From contig NMRA01000237.1 of NCBI GenBank assembly GCA_002633005.1, positions 248,001 to 312,000 of the forward strand: a stretch of DNA of 64,000 nt. Reading direction: 5' to 3'. The translations under genes and the position numbers were made by a program. The stretch comes from Phoronis australis (taxonomy: Eukaryota; Animalia; Phoronida). Numbering within the stretch: position 1 is the first letter of the stretch; the number at the start of each line of letters is the position of its first letter. Below, piece after piece: positions 63,801 through 64,000 of the stretch. The notes beneath the pieces were generated by a model. The model had not been told where the DNA came from and did no database searches. It saw nothing but the letters and a program-made list of their open reading frames with translations.

Positions 63801-63869
63801 CTCAGAACAAATATGGCTCTAGTGAGCCATGCGAGATTCCACAGGCCACTGTGCCGAAGAGTCCATACA
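520..63869 (+). CDS. TTN: Titin/connectin-like giant Ig/Fn3 muscle protein (spliced, 63 exons, internal fragment open at both ends)
   Basis: Continuous phase-consistent exon chain with GT..AG boundaries encoding ~49 Ig and 11 Fn3 domains plus acidic inserts; titin-like order N2A-like Ig, PEVK-like segment, tandem 89-aa Ig, Ig/Fn3 super-repeats. The family call is firm; strict orthology to vertebrate TTN is inferred. Confidence 0.85.
1521..1862 (+). CDS. titin-like exon 2, I-set Ig plus start of next Ig
   Basis: cgcag|..|gtaaga; PPKF..CKVSGFPSPVVSW..APTFIEKP. Confidence 0.92.
2054..2550. mobile_element. Non-autonomous DNA transposon (MITE), hAT-like termini
   Basis: Perfect 13-bp TIR CAGGGCTTGGAAT..ATTCCAAGCCCTG, flanked by 6-bp direct repeat AGTGTT; CpG-rich interior unlike host introns. 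Confidence 0.85.
3018..3303 (+). CDS. titin-like exon 3, N2A-like Ig
   Basis: aacag|..|gtaaca, phase 1-2; WSKGKWMKLEKGGRV motif. Confidence 0.92.
3411..3583. mobile_element. Degenerate MITE-like relic (possibly PIF/Harbinger-type)
   Basis: Imperfect inverted ends ccgtggtgtagc..gctacgtttgg with internal G-runs. Confidence 0.3.
3885..4056 (+). CDS. titin-like exon 4, acidic unique insert (UN2A/M-motif-like)
   Basis: tacag|..|gtgaga, phase 2-0 matches exon 3; DFEKPEAEEVEVDWNIKLKKVEPEE. Confidence 0.85.
4567..4767 (+). CDS. titin-like exon 5, PEVK-like charged segment
   Basis: ttcag|..|gtgagc, phase 0-0; E/K/P/V-rich, contains RRPS. Confidence 0.85.
5460..5718 (+). CDS. titin-like exon 6, Ig
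   Basis: tatag|..|gtaggc, phase 0-1; WEFVRNLEDV..FECEV. Confidence 0.9.
6591..6699. mobile_element. 109-bp hairpin MITE (Merlin- or MULE-like)
   Basis: TIR GGCAATAGTCGGATATAA..TTATATCCGACTATTACC with inner arms GAGAACCAGTT/AACTGGTTCTC; 9-bp direct repeat CTACTTTTA on both sides. Confidence 0.8.
7461..7730 (+). CDS. titin-like exon 7, Ig
   Basis: tctag|..|gtaaat; 270 nt, phase 1-1; DEGVYTV. Confidence 0.88.
9841..9924. repeat. Imperfect inverted repeat (hairpin)
   Basis: AAAATATACCAGATGTTTT pairs with AAAATGTCTGGTATATTTT (two G-U pairs), closed by CAGC/GCTG. Confidence 0.7.
10936..11202 (+). CDS. titin-like exon 8, Ig
   Basis: tatag|..|gtaaaa; 267 nt; DDEGEYSC. Confidence 0.88.
12340..12506. 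mobile_element. Long palindromic MITE-like element
   Basis: Arms CTCGGGTATTTT..GAGGTGAA..TTCAGTCAT versus ATGACTGAA..TTCACCTC..AAAATACCCGAG; no TSD identified. Confidence 0.65.
12809..12852. repeat. 22-bp perfect tandem duplication
   Basis: TTATTTACAATATTATACCATA x2. Confidence 0.85.
14906..15169 (+). CDS. titin-like exon 9, Ig
   Basis: tgtag|..|gtcagt; 264 nt. Confidence 0.9.
15458..15724 (+). CDS. titin-like exon 10, Ig
   Basis: tgtag|..|gtaggt; 267 nt. Confidence 0.9.
16276..16542 (+). CDS. titin-like exon 11, Ig
   Basis: tatag|..|gtatag; 267 nt. Confidence 0.9.
17669..17685. other. poly-C tract containing an N (assembly gap or ambiguity at 17674)
   Basis: Directly visible. Confidence 0.9.
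18241..18507 (+). CDS. titin-like exon 12, Ig
   Basis: tgcag|..|gtttgt; 267 nt. Confidence 0.9.
19068..19337 (+). CDS. titin-like exon 13, Ig
   Basis: tttag|..|gtacta; 270 nt. Confidence 0.88.
19554..19820 (+). CDS. titin-like exon 14, Ig
   Basis: ttcag|..|gttcgt; 267 nt. Confidence 0.88.
20190..20456 (+). CDS. titin-like exon 15, Ig
   Basis: tacag|..|gtaatt; 267 nt. Confidence 0.9.
20803..21069 (+). CDS. titin-like exon 16, Ig
   Basis: catag|..|gtaggt; 267 nt. Confidence 0.9.
21326..21493. mobile_element. Partial (right-end) copy of the TTAA-flanked element at 56715-57071
   Basis: Shared segments ggtcacgc..gagttttcaa..ggttgtcgaggg..tttcagagaa..tgggaaagttgttttt, ending in ttaa. Confidence 0.75.
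21768..22037 (+). CDS. titin-like exon 17, Ig
   Basis: tttag|..|gtatgc; 270 nt. Confidence 0.9.
22685..22951 (+). CDS. titin-like exon 18, Ig
   Basis: ttcag|..|gtaatt; 267 nt. Confidence 0.9.
23389..23655 (+). CDS. titin-like exon 19, Ig (triplicated, copy 1)
   Basis: cacag|..|gtaagg; 267 nt. Confidence 0.88.
23755..23830 (+). pseudogene. Decayed 3' fragment of exon 18 (pseudo-exon); second copy at about 25173-25246
   Basis: gaccaggctacacacat..acagaataacatctgctggcctgatagtgtatg aligns with exon 18 end gatcaggctacgtacacat..acagaacaacatctgctggcctgaaagtgcatg. Confidence 0.75.
24416..24489. repeat. (ACTGG)14 microsatellite; the paralogous site 25824-25842 has 3 copies
   Basis: Directly visible pentanucleotide run. 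Confidence 0.95.
24807..25073 (+). CDS. titin-like exon 20, Ig (triplicated, copy 2)
   Basis: tacag|..|gtaagg; 267 nt, near-identical to exon 19. Confidence 0.85.
26165..26431 (+). CDS. titin-like exon 21, Ig (triplicated, copy 3)
   Basis: tacag|..|gtaagg; 267 nt, near-identical to exons 19 and 20. Confidence 0.85.
27067..27310 (+). pseudogene. Decayed Ig pseudo-exon
   Basis: Reads EPLVFMKQDLDCFEHVT*MSKVNIDGMWMKSG..VDGDVHSVTIHDVQLHDDGEYTVFAGDLSC*A*LYFE; 3 in-frame stops and the donor GT is lost. Confidence 0.85.
27795..28061 (+). CDS. titin-like exon 22, Ig
   Basis: tgcag|..|gtgcgt; 267 nt. Confidence 0.88.
28539..28805 (+). CDS. titin-like exon 23, Ig
   Basis: tgcag|..|gttggt; 267 nt. 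Confidence 0.88.
29317..29583 (+). CDS. titin-like exon 24, Ig
   Basis: tttag|..|gtgtgt; 267 nt. Confidence 0.88.
30421..30687 (+). CDS. titin-like exon 25, Ig
   Basis: tgcag|..|gttagt; 267 nt. Confidence 0.88.
31469..31735 (+). CDS. titin-like exon 26, Ig
   Basis: tacag|..|gtttgt; 267 nt. Confidence 0.88.
31975..32481 (+). CDS. titin-like exon 27, P/E-rich linker plus Ig
   Basis: tacag|..|gtttgt; 507 nt; APKSPPLTPEP.. then KLEFIAPL..DDEAQYTV. Confidence 0.85.
32909..33175 (+). CDS. titin-like exon 28, Ig
   Basis: tacag|..|gtatgt; 267 nt. Confidence 0.88.
33457..35565 (+). CDS. titin-like exon 29, 703-codon acidic repeat insert plus Ig
   Basis: gctaactttcag|..|gtttgt; open frame of 2109 nt, E/D/V/S-rich, ends in an Ig domain (DQATYSF). 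Confidence 0.85.
36057..36323 (+). CDS. titin-like exon 30, Ig
   Basis: tgcag|..|gttggt; 267 nt. Confidence 0.88.
36799..37068 (+). CDS. titin-like exon 31, Ig
   Basis: tacag|..|gtttgt; 270 nt. Confidence 0.88.
37730..37996 (+). CDS. titin-like exon 32, Ig
   Basis: tgcag|..|gtgtgt; 267 nt. Confidence 0.88.
38514..38780 (+). CDS. titin-like exon 33, Ig
   Basis: tgcag|..|gtttgt; 267 nt. Confidence 0.88.
39120..39325. repeat. Diverged ~105-bp tandem duplication
   Basis: caaaaataatttg..tttcatttttaaa.ggctctaa..tttttcaaaatattt..tgatggt.gct occurs twice. Confidence 0.7.
39542..39808 (+). CDS. titin-like exon 34, Ig
   Basis: tgcag|..|gtaagt; 267 nt. Confidence 0.9.
40282..40528 (-). mobile_element. 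3' end of a retroposed insertion (LINE-like), truncated by the N gap
   Basis: T11 run (minus-strand polyA) with minus-strand AATAAA at 40307-40312; absent from the duplicate copy of the same intron. Confidence 0.5.
40530..41189 (+). repeat. Near-identical duplicate of 39619-40282 including a truncated exon 34 copy (40530-40719); probable allelic assembly artefact
   Basis: Begins immediately after the N at 40529, mid-exon; few substitutions and small indels versus the first copy. Confidence 0.8.
41270..41536 (+). CDS. titin-like exon 35, Ig
   Basis: cacag|..|gtaagt; 267 nt. Confidence 0.9.
42407..42673 (+). CDS. titin-like exon 36, Ig
   Basis: ttcag|..|gtaatg; 267 nt. Confidence 0.9.
43062..43204 (+). 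CDS. titin-like exon 37a, N-terminal half of split Ig
   Basis: cacag|..AAG|gtgcag; 143 nt, joins 37b to give the standard 267 nt. Confidence 0.85.
43954..44077 (+). CDS. titin-like exon 37b, C-terminal half of split Ig
   Basis: ttcag|..|gtattg; INIISEGPLHTLVIKDATLDDTATY. Confidence 0.85.
44583..44849 (+). CDS. titin-like exon 38, Ig
   Basis: tatag|..|gttggt; 267 nt. Confidence 0.9.
45482..45748 (+). CDS. titin-like exon 39, Ig (super-repeat 1, position 1)
   Basis: aacag|..|gtatgc; 267 nt. Confidence 0.9.
46055..46324 (+). CDS. titin-like exon 40, Ig (SR1 position 2)
   Basis: ttcag|..|gtaagt; 270 nt; EIPGTAVFECE. Confidence 0.92.
46566..47150 (+). CDS. titin-like exon 41, Ig plus Fn3 (SR1 positions 3-4)
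   Basis: tctag|..|gtaact; 585 nt = 288+297; DKPSPP..W.PPEDDGGSEI..YLFRVSAIN. Confidence 0.93.
47450..47752 (+). CDS. titin-like exon 42, Fn3 (SR1 position 5)
   Basis: cacag|..|gtatgt; 303 nt; DGGSPVTGY..YEFRVSAEN. Confidence 0.93.
48130..48432 (+). CDS. titin-like exon 43, Fn3 (SR1 position 6)
   Basis: tgcag|..|gtgagt; 303 nt. Confidence 0.93.
48803..49090 (+). CDS. titin-like exon 44, Ig (SR1 position 7)
   Basis: ttcag|..|gtgagt; 288 nt. Confidence 0.92.
49784..50071 (+). CDS. titin-like exon 45, Ig (SR1 position 8)
   Basis: ttcag|..|gtatgt; 288 nt. Confidence 0.92.
50746..51048 (+). CDS. titin-like exon 46, Fn3 (SR1 position 9)
   Basis: ttcag|..|gtaatt; 303 nt. Confidence 0.93.
51356..51658 (+). 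CDS. titin-like exon 47, Fn3 (SR1 position 10); not in the ORF track
   Basis: tgcag|..|gtgggt; hand translation EPGPPKNLE..WEAPDSDGGAPITNY..YEFQVKAENEAG. Confidence 0.92.
52002..52265 (+). CDS. titin-like exon 48, Ig (SR2 position 1)
   Basis: ttcag|..|gtaagc; 264 nt. Confidence 0.92.
52565..52834 (+). CDS. titin-like exon 49, Ig (SR2 position 2)
   Basis: tccag|..|gtgagt; 270 nt. Confidence 0.92.
53059..53346 (+). CDS. titin-like exon 50, Ig (SR2 position 3)
   Basis: ttcag|..|gtatgt; 288 nt. Confidence 0.92.
53895..54191 (+). CDS. titin-like exon 51, Fn3 (SR2 position 4)
   Basis: aacag|..|gtaagt; 297 nt. Confidence 0.93.
54559..54858 (+). CDS. titin-like exon 52, Fn3 (SR2 position 5)
   Basis: actag|..|gtaagt; 300 nt. 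Confidence 0.93.
55719..56018 (+). CDS. titin-like exon 53, Fn3 (SR2 position 6); not in the ORF track
   Basis: tacag|..|gtaagt; hand translation DKPGKPGTP..WVAPKSDGGSPIFNY..YEFRVAAENKAG. Confidence 0.92.
56564..56678 (+). CDS. titin-like exon 54a, N-terminal part of Ig (SR2 position 7)
   Basis: ttcag|..AAATG|gtaacg; the Trp codon is split (phase 2). Confidence 0.88.
56715..57071. mobile_element. Non-autonomous DNA transposon, Kolobok-like (TTAA target)
   Basis: TTAA|AAGGATACTAAACCCTGTTTT..AAAACCTGGTTTAGTGTCCTT|TTAA; a second partial copy lies at about 21326-21493. Confidence 0.8.
57426..57598 (+). CDS. titin-like exon 54b, C-terminal part of Ig (SR2 position 7)
   Basis: cacag|G TTC AGA AAT..|gtagga; 115+173 = 288 nt, as in paralogous exon 44. 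Confidence 0.88.
58032..58319 (+). CDS. titin-like exon 55, Ig (SR2 position 8)
   Basis: ttcag|..|gtgagt; 288 nt. Confidence 0.92.
58634..58936 (+). CDS. titin-like exon 56, Fn3 (SR2 position 9)
   Basis: ttcag|..|gtatgt; 303 nt. Confidence 0.93.
59620..59922 (+). CDS. titin-like exon 57, Fn3 (SR2 position 10)
   Basis: tttag|..|gtatgt; 303 nt. Confidence 0.93.
60791..60820 (+). CDS. candidate 30-nt microexon (AIDEETGLPC)
   Basis: long pyrimidine tract, gttgccacag|30 nt|gtaagc; frame-preserving phase 1-1 with no stop. Confidence 0.65.
61718..61981 (+). CDS. titin-like exon 58, Ig (SR3 position 1)
   Basis: tacag|..|gtgggt; 264 nt. Confidence 0.92.
62246..62515 (+). CDS. titin-like exon 59, Ig (SR3 position 2)
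   Basis: tttag|..|gtatgc; 270 nt. Confidence 0.92.
62901..63188 (+). CDS. titin-like exon 60, Ig (SR3 position 3)
   Basis: tccag|..|gtaaga; 288 nt. Confidence 0.92.
63573..63869 (+). CDS. titin-like exon 61, Fn3 (SR3 position 4)
   Basis: tttag|..|gtaagt; 297 nt, as in exon 51. Confidence 0.92.
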
Positions 63870-64000
63870 GTAAGTGAATGTTGTAAATTGTCATTTTGTC
63901 ATATGGTGTTAGTAGTTTTTGTAAAAGCAATGAAGGCCAGTGATCATATTTGCTGAGTCTCTGATACCCGCAGCACATACGGACTTCTACTGCCGGTGTC

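Noticed and set aside
520-63869. Assignment as twitchin/projectin, obscurin/UNC-89, MyBP-C or hemicentin
   Set aside because: No (Fn-Fn-Ig)n pattern, no RhoGEF/SH3 domain and no extracellular disulfide Igs, and far too long for MyBP-C/IGFN1; the kinase and termini are outside the window, so exact orthology remains open.

Overview
Eukaryotic (animal, probably invertebrate; species not determinable) genomic DNA, AT-rich. The whole window is an internal segment of one giant + strand gene for a titin/connectin-family muscle protein, with no start or end visible. I traced 63 exons with GT..AG boundaries and consistent phases (sum 19113 nt, about 6370 codons, about 49 Ig and 11 Fn3 domains). Order: 3 I-set Ig domains, the third carrying the WxKGKW..L..GGRV motif of titin N2A/MyBP-C/IGFN1; a short acidic PEVK-like insert; a long tandem array of ~89-aa Ig domains, each on a symmetric phase 1-1 exon and interrupted by a P/E-rich linker and a 2.1-kb acidic exon with ~35-aa repeats; then a 10-domain Ig3-Fn3x3-Ig2-Fn3x2 super-repeat (two complete copies and a partial third). 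The introns hold MITEs, a microsatellite, decayed Ig pseudo-exons, a recent exon triplication, candidate microexons, candidate alternative terminal exons and a probable haplotype-duplication artefact at an N. No prokaryotic, RNA-gene or CRISPR features are seen. The most promising novelties are a seemingly splice-regulated, Cys-marked Ig cassette block, an invertebrate N2A-like element, the 10-domain super-repeat and the microexons. All calls were made by eye and no searches were run.
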